This document shows positions 49,096 through 57,794 of a stretch of 64,000 nt of DNA, piece after piece. Position numbers and translations under genes: made by a program. Positions within the stretch are counted from its first letter, which is position 1. Each line of letters begins with the position of its first letter. Source of the stretch: a virus (Duplodnaviria; Caudoviricetes); IMG/VR virus record IMGVR_UViG_3300033073_000160, positions 1 through 64,000 of that record; one strand, given 5' to 3'. Under the pieces are notes generated by a model that ran no database searches, was not told the DNA's origin, and saw nothing but the letters and a program-made list of their open reading frames with translations.

Positions 49096-49481
49096 TTATT
49101 AAACAAGATATCCGTCCTAATAAAATGATTTGGGTTACCTTTCAAAAAGAAGGTATGCACAAGTATCCGGCCGCACTTACAGATCCAGCACTTGCCACAG
49201 GTGATGAATATGATGTAAGTTTTCTAGGCTATCCGCATCGTCACATCTTCCACTTCAAAGTTTGGATCAGTGTCACACACGACGATCGCGATATTGAGTT
49301 TATTCAATTTAAACGTTGGTTGCAAAATCTCTACGCAGATGCTACACTAAGTTTAGATTTTAAAAGTTGCGAAATGATGTCACAAGATTTATATGACAGC
49401 ATTTCACAAAAGTATCCAGGCCGTGAGGTTTGGATTGAGGTCTCCGAAGACGGAGAAAATGGTTCATTTATCAAATATTAA
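49092..49481 (+). CDS. QueD-like T-fold protein with LxxxHRHxF signature (DpdL-like)
   Basis: FLGYPHRHIF in place of the QueD CxxxHGH; also HKYP, DRDIEF, SCEM and VSEDGENG. Confidence 0.75.
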   Translation: MIIKQDIRPNKMIWVTFQKEGMHKYPAALTDPALATGDEYDVSFLGYPHRHIFHFKVWISVTHDDRDIEFIQFKRWLQNLYADATLSLDFKSCEMMSQDLYDSISQKYPGREVWIEVSEDGENGSFIKY

Positions 49482-49491
49482 AGAGGCTATT

Positions 49492-49770
49492 ATGGCTAAA
49501 AATTATAACGATTATAGTTATTTCGAAAATCGTCCCGACGTTGTTAAAATCTTTGATGATCTAGACAAGCTGTTGGATTTCTGCAGAATCGAAATGCTTC
49601 CATATAACCCCGCTGATCTCTATAACAGAGAGAGCCAAGTATGGAAATCGTTCGAGTGGAGTCGTCGTCCTAAGAAAAACTGGAATGGCGAAAAGAAACC
49701 TTGGAATGGCGAACGCAAGCCATACTTAGGTAAGAACCCTCGTCCAAACTATAACAGACAAGATAACTGA
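49492..49770 (+). CDS. Hypothetical protein with basic C-terminal repeats
   Basis: ATG at 49492 after GAGG; KKNWNGEKKPWNGERKP. Confidence 0.65.
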   Translation: MAKNYNDYSYFENRPDVVKIFDDLDKLLDFCRIEMLPYNPADLYNRESQVWKSFEWSRRPKKNWNGEKKPWNGERKPYLGKNPRPNYNRQDN

Positions 49771-49771
49771 T

Positions 49772-50842
49772 ATGACAGTTTTCCTTGTTGACTTAGAATC
49801 AGTTGACACTAGGTATACTGGGCAGTGGAAAACCCATGTGCCTAGTTTACTTAGAAAGGCAGGACACAATGTTCAAATTATATCTGGTCCTACAGATATT
49901 CCTAGTGCGACCACTCCTGGCGCTTTTCTTAATTTTGGTGGCACCAATATATATAAGTCTAGCCAAGTTGAGCAAATGGGCCGTTTATTTTGTAACGGAG
50001 CCGTTCATCCCGGCGATCACTTTATCTTTACTGATGCTTGGCACCCTGGTATCATCAATCTAAAGTATATGAGTGAGCTACTAGGTATTCCTGTAGTTAC
50101 ACACGGACTATGGCATGCTGGCAGCTATGATCCCCAAGACTTTTTAGGACGACTTGTCGGTGATAAGCCGTGGGTCAGACACGCAGAGAAGAGTTTCTTT
50201 AATGCGTTTGATCATAATTATTTTGCTACAGAGTTTCATATTAACATGTTTGGTAAGAACTTACTTGACACTAATATTGGAACTATGTATAACTATAAAA
50301 CATCTGGAAAAATTATTCGCACTGGATGGCCTATGGAATACATGGACTCAACTTTGAACATGTATAAAAATATGCCCAAGCGAGATCTTATTCTATTTCC
50401 GCATCGAATTGCTCCAGAAAAACAAGTAGAAATTTTTAGAGATTTAAAAGAGCACTTGCCTCAATATGAGTTTGTTGTTTGTCAAGATCAATATCTAACA
50501 AAAAACGAATATCATAATCTACTCGGCGAGGCAAAACTAGTCTTCAGCGCTAATTTACAAGAAACACTTGGAATTAGTTGGTATGAGGGCGCAATAGTTG
50601 ATGCTATTCCTATGGTGCCAGATAGGCTTAGCTATAGTGAAATGGCATTTGATACTTTTAAGTATCCTAGCAAGTGGACTGAAAGTTTTGAAGCATATAC
50701 CGTATATCGTCCAGATATTTGTAAGGTAATCATAGAACATATGGAAAATTACAAAACTAGACTGCCAACTTTGCGAAAACAAACGGAGGCATTAAGTGAG
50801 CACTACTTCAGCGCAAGATATCTCATCGATAACATTCGATAA
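49772..50842 (+). CDS. GT-B (GT4-like) glycosyltransferase
   Basis: ILFPHRIAPEKQ and the E-x7-E motif ETLGISWYE; WHAG. Confidence 0.8.
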   Translation: MTVFLVDLESVDTRYTGQWKTHVPSLLRKAGHNVQIISGPTDIPSATTPGAFLNFGGTNIYKSSQVEQMGRLFCNGAVHPGDHFIFTDAWHPGIINLKYMSELLGIPVVTHGLWHAGSYDPQDFLGRLVGDKPWVRHAEKSFFNAFDHNYFATEFHINMFGKNLLDTNIGTMYNYKTSGKIIRTGWPMEYMDSTLNMYKNMPKRDLILFPHRIAPEKQVEIFRDLKEHLPQYEFVVCQDQYLTKNEYHNLLGEAKLVFSANLQETLGISWYEGAIVDAIPMVPDRLSYSEMAFDTFKYPSKWTESFEAYTVYRPDICKVIIEHMENYKTRLPTLRKQTEALSEHYFSARYLIDNIR

Positions 50843-51191
50843 TCTCGACACAATTACCCTTACAGGAGCAGTTGGCTCTTCTTGGGATACGTGCGGAACA
50901 TACACTATCTCAACTTCAAGTATTCCAACGTCGTCACATACATACTCGTCAGGTATGACTGTTGGTGGTTTAAGTTCTGCACAAATCTGTAGTATTAGCA
51001 GTATATCAATATCGGATATATCTTTAAATTGGCCCGATGAGTGGGTTAACTCATTTCCAGAATGGGGACGCATTGAAAAGATGTGTGAAGAATACCCTGG
51101 ATTGAAAATTGCATTTGAAAAATTTAAAACAGTTTATTATCTAGTGAAAGACGATTATGATACTCCAAAAGATAAAAGACCACGTCCTTAA
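50796..51191 (+). CDS. Hypothetical protein (Ser/Thr-rich N-terminus)
   Basis: GTG start with GGAGG SD; C-terminal MCEEYPGLKIAFEKF. Confidence 0.55.
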   Translation: MSTTSAQDISSITFDNLDTITLTGAVGSSWDTCGTYTISTSSIPTSSHTYSSGMTVGGLSSAQICSISSISISDISLNWPDEWVNSFPEWGRIEKMCEEYPGLKIAFEKFKTVYYLVKDDYDTPKDKRPRP

Positions 51192-51633
51192 TTGGTTAGA
51201 AGCGCACGATCGCAAGCGTATAATTATGGATCGGACATGTAACGAGCCATTGCTTACACGTTATTATCTATTTTTGAAGGATCGTAAACTATTTCCATTT
51301 AATGTATTCTTACATAAGTTCCATAAGGGTGATCCTGACGATGTTCACGATCATCCATGGCCGTATGCTACGCTGATCCTTAAAGGCGGTTACTACGAAT
51401 GGACTCCTATCTTTGACAAAGATGGTATTAAAATAGCCGAAACCTGTGCATGGCGGGGGCCAGGTCATTTTAGAATTTGCGGTGCTACTTCATACCACAG
51501 AATTGAATTGGATCCCAATGTTGTTGCATGGACATTGTTTATGCCGGGTCCACAAACGAGAGAATGGGGGTTCCTCGTAAAGAATAAATGGATACACAAT
51601 GAGTTATATCTCCAACAACGGCAGCAGCGGTAG
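51157..51633 (+). CDS. Cupin-like protein
   Basis: LHKF..D.DDVHDHPW...LILKGGYYE...YHRI..WTLF. Confidence 0.7.
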   Translation: MILQKIKDHVLNWLEAHDRKRIIMDRTCNEPLLTRYYLFLKDRKLFPFNVFLHKFHKGDPDDVHDHPWPYATLILKGGYYEWTPIFDKDGIKIAETCAWRGPGHFRICGATSYHRIELDPNVVAWTLFMPGPQTREWGFLVKNKWIHNELYLQQRQQR

Positions 51634-51979
51634 TTTTCTTACAACTACAGGAATGAATGGATCGAGTTATACTACTTCCTGGGCAAGTCCAAATACCAAT
51701 TTTACTAGCTCAAATCAAAAAGCTATATTAACTATTCCCCACGGGGAAGACAAGGTAGTTTTAAACAAAGAGGCAACACTCGAAGTTAACGGATCAGTAA
51801 AAATTAATGGACTTGACTTAGAAGAACGGCTAAAGACAATCGAAAGACTCTTGCAAATTCCAGAAAGAGATGCTACAATGGAAGCTAAGTATCCTAGTTT
51901 AAAGAAGAAGTTTGACGACTACATCAATACACTAGAAAAATATAAAACATTTGAACGCATTAAAGGCGATTATGACTGA
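51599..51979 (+). CDS. Hypothetical protein
   Basis: Ser/Thr-rich N-terminus; KYPSLKKKF coiled coil. Confidence 0.6.
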   Translation: MSYISNNGSSGSFLTTTGMNGSSYTTSWASPNTNFTSSNQKAILTIPHGEDKVVLNKEATLEVNGSVKINGLDLEERLKTIERLLQIPERDATMEAKYPSLKKKFDDYINTLEKYKTFERIKGDYD

Positions 51980-52226
51980 AGAAAACAAACCCCTCAAAAT
52001 TGAGTTTGCACCTGGGTGCTTTGATAATTTTGAAGGCACACAAGAAGAACTTGATGAGCTAATTGCCGAAATACAACGTATGTTCGAAAGCGGTGAGATT
52101 CAAGAGAACGCAACCGAACTTGATCTTGATGCGCTCATGGAAGAAGATCCAGAGTATGCAGAAAAAGTTATACAAGCTCTTCAAAGCGATGATATCACCG
52201 ACGGTCCTAAAAGAAACTTACAATGA
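51972..52226 (+). CDS. Acidic hypothetical protein
   Basis: ATG at 51972; FAPGCFDNFEGTQEELDEL. Confidence 0.65.
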   Translation: MTEENKPLKIEFAPGCFDNFEGTQEELDELIAEIQRMFESGEIQENATELDLDALMEEDPEYAEKVIQALQSDDITDGPKRNLQ

Positions 52227-52765
52227 AAAAAATCTATTACAATTGGTCACAAATTGAAGGAGCAGTATTAGATATTGCTCGTCAATTACAGGCAGATAAT
52301 TGGCGCCCAGATTATATTGTGGGAATTACTAGAGGCGGGTTAATTCCCGCTAATCTTTTAAGCCAATACACTAATGTTAAGATGTATACCCTTAATGTTA
52401 GTCTTAGAGACGGTGACGGTGGAGAAAGCAACCTGTGGATGGCTGAGGATGCGTTCGGTTACATTGATAAAGAACGTCGAGAATACGAGCATATCCCTTA
52501 CAGCATTACTAAGGTAAAGAATATTCTTATCATCGATGATATTAACGACGAAGGCAATACTATTGCGTGGATTAAGAAAGACTGGCAAACTAGTTGTTTA
52601 CCTAATGATGAGAGGTGGGATCATGTTTGGGGCAATAATGTTCGTTTCGCCACACTTACTAATAATATAGCCAGTAAAGAAACTGTTGACTACTCTGTAT
52701 GGGAAGTTAATAAAGCAGAAGAAGACTGCTGGCTAGTTTATCCTTGGGAGGATTTTTGGTTATGA
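52223..52765 (+). CDS. Type I phosphoribosyltransferase (xanthine-guanine PRT-like)
   Basis: IVGITRGGLIPA, PRPP loop ILIIDDINDEGNT, WLVYPWE. Confidence 0.88.
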   Translation: MKKIYYNWSQIEGAVLDIARQLQADNWRPDYIVGITRGGLIPANLLSQYTNVKMYTLNVSLRDGDGGESNLWMAEDAFGYIDKERREYEHIPYSITKVKNILIIDDINDEGNTIAWIKKDWQTSCLPNDERWDHVWGNNVRFATLTNNIASKETVDYSVWEVNKAEEDCWLVYPWEDFWL

Positions 52766-52914
52766 CACGAGATGAAATTCAAGCTAAAATTAGTCAAGTT
52801 GACGTAGACTTAGAAAAATTAAAAGATGTTGAAAACTCCGATAAAAAAGGAGAGATGCTAAGACAGTATAGAGATTATCTACTAGAACAACTTAGCCAAG
52901 TAACAGATGAATGA
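52762..52914 (+). CDS. Small coiled-coil protein (50 aa, below cutoff)
   Basis: MTRDEIQAKISQVDVDLEKL...QVTDE*; GGAGG SD; overlaps both neighbours. Confidence 0.6.
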   Translation: MTRDEIQAKISQVDVDLEKLKDVENSDKKGEMLRQYRDYLLEQLSQVTDE

Positions 52915-53275
52915 TTTAGAAAAGGCACTAGATGAAAAACGAGCACCATGGACTTCAATTGAATTCAGATCAAAAGACTTTTGGATCTTCAAAGATGCAT
53001 ATCCAGTTACCCCAGGGCATTTGTTATTTGTGCCTACCCAAGAGCAAAGTCATAATCTCTGGGAATGCTACAAGGCAGCATACAAATGGGGATTCGAGGG
53101 TATCGAAGGAGAACGGTGGGACTCTTTTAACATCGGACAAAATGTTGGCGAGGCTGCTGGACAAACAGTAATGTATCCTCATGTGCATATGATTCCTAGA
53201 CGCAAGGGCGACATGGAAGATCCTCGTGGTGGAGTTCGCCATGTTATTCCCGAAAAAGGTAATTATAAAAAATGA
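52907..53275 (+). CDS. HIT family nucleotide hydrolase
   Basis: DAYPVTPGHLLFVP, NIGQN.GEAAGQTV, HVHMIPR. Confidence 0.92.
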   Translation: MNDLEKALDEKRAPWTSIEFRSKDFWIFKDAYPVTPGHLLFVPTQEQSHNLWECYKAAYKWGFEGIEGERWDSFNIGQNVGEAAGQTVMYPHVHMIPRRKGDMEDPRGGVRHVIPEKGNYKK

Positions 53276-53478
53276 CACCAAGTGATCACGAAGTTATTGT
53301 AGATTGGAATAATCAACATAATGAATGGTGGAATGAAACATGTGCGACTATTGTTGAAGTGTTTGGTTTACCTGGAAATCGATTTGTCTATTCTCCGAGC
53401 GTAGACTTCATGACATTTACCTTTAAATCTAAAAAAGATGCAGAGTTGTGTCGGATACTAATAAGTGAAAAACTATGA
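53272..53478 (+). CDS. Hypothetical protein
   Basis: Coupled ORF; EVFGLPG. Confidence 0.6.
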   Translation: MTPSDHEVIVDWNNQHNEWWNETCATIVEVFGLPGNRFVYSPSVDFMTFTFKSKKDAELCRILISEKL

Positions 53479-54041
53479 CAGTCTTATTTGAAAACGGTTG
53501 GGAAACTTTTGAAACATTTGATTTTAGTAGCATAATAACTTCTAACGACCAAGAGCTTGCAAAGGCAGATATTAAACAAGTAATCGCCGAGGGCAAATAT
53601 TTTACTAATAGCCCCCGATATCAAACTAACATTAATATCTTTAATTACCCCGGTGAACATTGGCTAAAATTTAGACAAAGTTTTATCATGAGCTGCTTTA
53701 TGTATTTGAAAGCAGAAGTAAAAATCGAGCAAATACAATCGTGGAGTTTTATGACTTCGAACAAGATTGTTGAAAATAGAGATGATCTATGGCACACTCA
53801 TCAATATGGTAATGAGCGCACCTTATCGGGCATTTACTACTTGCACATACCCAATGATGTTAATGATAAAGCAATGTGTGGAACTGAGTTTGCACTAAAT
53901 GGAACTAAGTCGCCAGAAAGATATATTGCACCTGTTTTAGATTATACTTGGTTAATTTACCCTGGTAAGACTTGGCACAGACCAATGCCGCCGCAGTCAA
54001 GTCAGGATCGTTTTGTAATTGCGGCAGATATGGTATTTTAA
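53475..54041 (+). CDS. 2OG-Fe(II) oxygenase-like protein
   Basis: WHTH...LSGIYYL, GTEF, IYPGKTWH, DRFVIA. Confidence 0.75.
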   Translation: MTVLFENGWETFETFDFSSIITSNDQELAKADIKQVIAEGKYFTNSPRYQTNINIFNYPGEHWLKFRQSFIMSCFMYLKAEVKIEQIQSWSFMTSNKIVENRDDLWHTHQYGNERTLSGIYYLHIPNDVNDKAMCGTEFALNGTKSPERYIAPVLDYTWLIYPGKTWHRPMPPQSSQDRFVIAADMVF

Positions 54042-54051
54042 GGAGAAAGAA

Positions 54052-54285
54052 ATGAAACTACATGAATCAATTGCTCACACTAAAGTTGAAGCTATCATTA
54101 AAGAAAGCGAAGGTTTTCGCTTACGTATGGAGAAATGGGAATCTATTAATCCTAAAGGATTATTTGCTGTCGATTTAATCCAGGAAAGCCTAGACGAAAA
54201 AGGTAACGTAGCTTACACTAGCACATATAATTTTAATATGACTAGAGATGAACTGCAACAACTAGCATACGCTTTAACAGCATGA
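54052..54285 (+). CDS. Hypothetical protein
   Basis: ATG at 54052 after AGGAG. Confidence 0.65.
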   Translation: MKLHESIAHTKVEAIIKESEGFRLRMEKWESINPKGLFAVDLIQESLDEKGNVAYTSTYNFNMTRDELQQLAYALTA

Positions 54286-54500
54286 AATTACCAAATGCAG
54301 TCATTGAAGTATCAATAGTTGTATTTTTGTTCTGTGCAATGTTCGGAACAATGTATCTAGCAGGGTCTGGGCTAGGAAGAAAAGTTGTAATTAATTGCGA
54401 CATTTCTGAGATTAGTCCAGATTTCACCAATGAAATGCGTGAAGCGTGTCGCCAAGCTCGGGCAAATAAGATTAATAAAGACTTGCAAAAACCTAAATAA
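54282..54500 (+). CDS. Small membrane-anchored protein
   Basis: N-terminal TM; INCDISEISPDF..MREACR. Confidence 0.6.
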   Translation: MKLPNAVIEVSIVVFLFCAMFGTMYLAGSGLGRKVVINCDISEISPDFTNEMREACRQARANKINKDLQKPK

Positions 54501-54511
54501 TAGTGTATACT
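54483..54511 (+). promoter_or_regulatory. Composite sigma70 and late promoter for folE
   Basis: TTGCAA-17nt-TATACT with TAAATA (54494) in the spacer. Confidence 0.7.
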
Positions 54512-54556
54512 TAATTGTGTATGGCAATCCACTGCCTTATCATCGGAGAAATATAA

Positions 54557-55261
54557 TTGGACACAAGTAAAAATCTATCGCAAGTAATCCGCGATAAAAT
54601 GAAAAGAGATAACAAACGCTTCTGGGCAGGCGACAATATCTCTGACTATCTCGACCAAGACGGTTACGATAAAGAACAACTAATTAACGAAGCAACTGTA
54701 GCATTTGAAAAGGTGCTAGATGCGTTGCTGATTGATCGTGAAAACGATCCCAACTCACACGGCACAGCAAGACGCCTTGCCAAGATGTATTTTAATGAAA
54801 TTATGGCAGGTAGATATGATCCAGCACCAGACGCAACAGCATTTCCAAATGACTCGGAGGACCGTTACGAAGGTATGTTGGTTGTTCGTAGTGAGCTTCG
54901 CAGTATGTGTAGCCATCATCACCAACCCGTTGTTGGCGTTGCTTATATTGGCATTATTGCCGCTCAAAAACTTATCGGACTTAGCAAATACACAAGAATC
55001 GCACAGTGGTGTGCAAGACGGGGCACTCTCCAGGAGGAGCTTTGTAACGACATTGCTAGGGAAATCGAAAAAGCAACCGGCGCAAAAGACTTAGGTGTTT
55101 ACATCCAAGCCACACACGGTTGCTGTGAGAATCGTGGTATTATGGCGCATAGTAGTTTAACACAAACTACAGTCTTAAAAGGTGCATTTAAAGACGATCC
55201 GGGAACAAAGAAAGAGTTCTTTGACAATATCAAAATGCAACAAGAATTTTCACCGAGGTAA
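54557..55261 (+). CDS. folE: GTP cyclohydrolase I
   Basis: SMCSHHH, IGLSKYTR, LQEE, ATHGCCENRG; TTG start after GGAG. Confidence 0.95.
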   Translation: MDTSKNLSQVIRDKMKRDNKRFWAGDNISDYLDQDGYDKEQLINEATVAFEKVLDALLIDRENDPNSHGTARRLAKMYFNEIMAGRYDPAPDATAFPNDSEDRYEGMLVVRSELRSMCSHHHQPVVGVAYIGIIAAQKLIGLSKYTRIAQWCARRGTLQEELCNDIAREIEKATGAKDLGVYIQATHGCCENRGIMAHSSLTQTTVLKGAFKDDPGTKKEFFDNIKMQQEFSPR

Positions 55262-55263
55262 TT

Positions 55264-55467
55264 ATGGCAACACGTAAAAAGAAAACTGAAGAAGCAACAG
55301 TTGTTAAGGGTAGTCACCTTACTGTAACAACTTACCCAGACGGTCGCACTGAACTCGAATGGGATGACGAAGCACTTATGCGAGATGTGCAAGAAGCAAT
55401 CGCAAGTGTAGAACCAATTCAAGGAGAAACAAATGGCAAAGCTAGAAAAACTCGCAAAAGTAAATGA
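55264..55467 (+). CDS. Hypothetical protein
   Basis: GAGG SD; in operon. Confidence 0.6.
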   Translation: MATRKKKTEEATVVKGSHLTVTTYPDGRTELEWDDEALMRDVQEAIASVEPIQGETNGKARKTRKSK

Positions 55468-55624
55468 ATCGATTACTATTAATCGTTACGACAACGGTTG
55501 GATGATCGAAATCGGTGGACGCGATAAGAAAGAAGACTGGAAAAATACAAAGACCATGTGTAATACAGAAGACGAACTTATTGCTGTAGTCAAAGAATGG
55601 AACAGTAAAGAACTCGACAACTAA
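55433..55624 (+). CDS. Hypothetical protein
   Basis: AGGAG SD. Confidence 0.65.
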   Translation: MAKLEKLAKVNESITINRYDNGWMIEIGGRDKKEDWKNTKTMCNTEDELIAVVKEWNSKELDN

Positions 55625-55634
55625 GGAGAACACT

Positions 55635-56195
55635 ATGGCATGGCCCAACGGACCCGATGATAATCCAGGAACACAGGAAGAAACTGTTACTACTTGGACA
55701 GTAAGAACATACTATAAAAAATCATGTGAACAGCATGAGTATTTTACCCACTCTGACTGGAACGGTCCACTTAAAGTTACGGACGGTTTCAGATCAGCAT
55801 CTTTCTACATTGATACTAATGATGGCAAGATTCCTAACTTTGAGTTTACAGAGGTTCCCGGTGGCAATGGTGCCAAGGATAGTGTAAACTTGTTTAGTTG
55901 CGAAGCTAATAATATTGTTGGATCAGAGCTTATTGAAATGTGGGACGGCGGTTGTTGGGGTGGTTGGGAATTTCCGGAGGACATGCCTGAAGAAGAACAA
56001 GAGCGTCTAGACGAATTTATCAGTGAAAATGGCACATACGCCCTAGAAGATGAAGAAGGTTGGATGCTCGACGAAACAGAATGTTGGGTATGGGGTCCTT
56101 TGGAAATCAGCGATGCAGATGGTAACGTTGTTGCTATCATCGAAGCCGACGATGAAGGCAACGTTGCAATTAAACAGCCTAAAGACTATGAGTAA
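55635..56195 (+). CDS. Very acidic Trp-rich protein, paralog of 56188
   Basis: KKS, WEFPEDMPEEEQERL, W.LDE...GPLEI. Confidence 0.7.
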   Translation: MAWPNGPDDNPGTQEETVTTWTVRTYYKKSCEQHEYFTHSDWNGPLKVTDGFRSASFYIDTNDGKIPNFEFTEVPGGNGAKDSVNLFSCEANNIVGSELIEMWDGGCWGGWEFPEDMPEEEQERLDEFISENGTYALEDEEGWMLDETECWVWGPLEISDADGNVVAIIEADDEGNVAIKQPKDYE

Positions 56196-56736
56196 AGTAT
56201 ACTTAATTAAACCCCTTGAAAAGAAAAGCATTTGCTGGCACATTGAAATGTTCCGCGAAAATGCGGACGGTAGCATTAGCTGGTTTAATATCGACGATCA
56301 CTATCGTTGGGGGCAAGGATTCATAGAAGAAGATATGGATTGTAATTTGCCCTTAGAAGGTGATCAACAAGCTCATGCTCGAACAGACTGCGGGTGGGGT
56401 GCGGAGTTAGATGACCAACACGCTTGTTGGTTCGAGTTCAGTGATGACATTAGTGAGGAAGAACAAGAAGAAATCAAACGTTGCTACCTAGAGGGCGACG
56501 GTGATGAAGAGTGGGAACGCTCCGGTGCCGCTTGGTTGTTTGACGCAGAACACGACTGGCAAGTTGAAGACGATTACCTGATCATCGATGCGCCTTACAA
56601 AGTTAGTCTTTGTGAAGACGACGGAACAGTAGTTGAAGAAAATGTTAAACTACGCACAAGAGAACAACTAGCTGAAGATGTAAAAAAATGGCAGGCTGAA
56701 AATACTAAATGGCCGTTTGAAGGAGAAGTTAAATGA
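56188..56736 (+). CDS. Very acidic Trp-rich protein, paralog of 55635
   Basis: Start MSKVY at 56188; KKS, FEFSDDISEEEQEEI, WQVED...APYKV. Confidence 0.7.
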   Translation: MSKVYLIKPLEKKSICWHIEMFRENADGSISWFNIDDHYRWGQGFIEEDMDCNLPLEGDQQAHARTDCGWGAELDDQHACWFEFSDDISEEEQEEIKRCYLEGDGDEEWERSGAAWLFDAEHDWQVEDDYLIIDAPYKVSLCEDDGTVVEENVKLRTREQLAEDVKKWQAENTKWPFEGEVK

Positions 56737-56948
56737 ACTCAGTAGACATGGCTAATAATTTAATCTTTAGAGCAAAGAACTTGCAAGAGTTTATTGTTAC
56801 TACAGATGTTCCTGAAGACTTTAGATTCAATGGAACTATTCCGTTTGATATGGAAATTAAAGAAAATGTAATTTATGCAAAAGTGTTTGGAATTGATTTT
56901 GACGAAGCAGTTACTACACTTAACAATTGGCTGGAGACTTGCAAATGA
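56733..56948 (+). CDS. Hypothetical protein
   Basis: AGGAG SD, coupled. Confidence 0.65.
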   Translation: MNSVDMANNLIFRAKNLQEFIVTTDVPEDFRFNGTIPFDMEIKENVIYAKVFGIDFDEAVTTLNNWLETCK

Positions 56949-57112
56949 ATGACAAAGAACCTTTGTATAGTATTAAATGGACACAGTCTTATCCGGGGTA
57001 TAGTCACCAAGAGGCGATTGATGCTTTAACTGAGTTACTAGTAGAATCATACCTTGAACAGGGTTGGTTCGATGAGGCAAATGCAGAAATAAAAAGGATC
57101 ATGAAGTTATGA
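56945..57112 (+). CDS. Hypothetical protein
   Basis: ATG at 56945 after GGAG; ATGA overlaps. Confidence 0.55.
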   Translation: MNDKEPLYSIKWTQSYPGYSHQEAIDALTELLVESYLEQGWFDEANAEIKRIMKL

Positions 57113-57450
57113 AATGGTTTGATAAATGGTTTTACAAACAGGCTAAAAAGGCTTGGGAAAATAAAGATCGCTACGAAATAGAAGAAGAATCAAAGCGAAT
57201 TCTAAGCGCAACAGAAAAAAGGACTCTTAATATGGCAATCGGTGGACAAGCAATGGTAGAGCGCGGTCGCGCTGAAGGTGAAGATCGTGTTACATTCGAA
57301 CTGACATCAGCAGTGGGCGGACGTATTCTTAACGTGCGCCGGTTTGATAATCGTAAAGACATGCACGATTCACAGACTTACGTTATTCCTAGCGGGGAAG
57401 ATGTTGGGGAACGAGTAGCTAAGATTATTAATTTGGAACTGCTTAAATAA
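57109..57450 (+). CDS. Hypothetical protein
   Basis: Coupled ORF; SAVGGRI. Confidence 0.65.
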   Translation: MKWFDKWFYKQAKKAWENKDRYEIEEESKRILSATEKRTLNMAIGGQAMVERGRAEGEDRVTFELTSAVGGRILNVRRFDNRKDMHDSQTYVIPSGEDVGERVAKIINLELLK

Positions 57451-57794
57451 TGACTCCACAAATTCCAGCAGAAGGCATCCTTAAACGCAACGATTGGGGC
57501 GATTCTAAAATGTATCAAGTCGTCTGCGGATGCGGGCAACCCGATCACGATCATAATGTTTGGATAGAAGCAGATGATGGCAACATTAGTGTCACTATAT
57601 ATGTCACTGCTAAAAGCAAATGGTGGGAATTAAATCGGTTTAAACAACTGTGGAGTTTGCTCAGTAAGGGCTATATCAAATGTGAAACTGATGTTATAAT
57701 GTCAGAGCAGCAGGCCATTAACTATGCGGAAACATTAAAGTCTGCGGTTAACGATAGTAAAGAATTTAGGAAAAAAAGAAATGTCAAAAATTAA
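57450..57794 (+). CDS. Hypothetical protein with CxC..H motif
   Basis: VVCGCGQPDHDH. Confidence 0.65.
   Translation: MTPQIPAEGILKRNDWGDSKMYQVVCGCGQPDHDHNVWIEADDGNISVTIYVTAKSKWWELNRFKQLWSLLSKGYIKCETDVIMSEQQAINYAETLKSAVNDSKEFRKKRNVKN

Noticed and set aside
54512-54556. preQ1 riboswitch upstream of folE
   Set aside because: The hairpin does not match the preQ1-I consensus as I know it (loop sequence and A-rich tail are missing)
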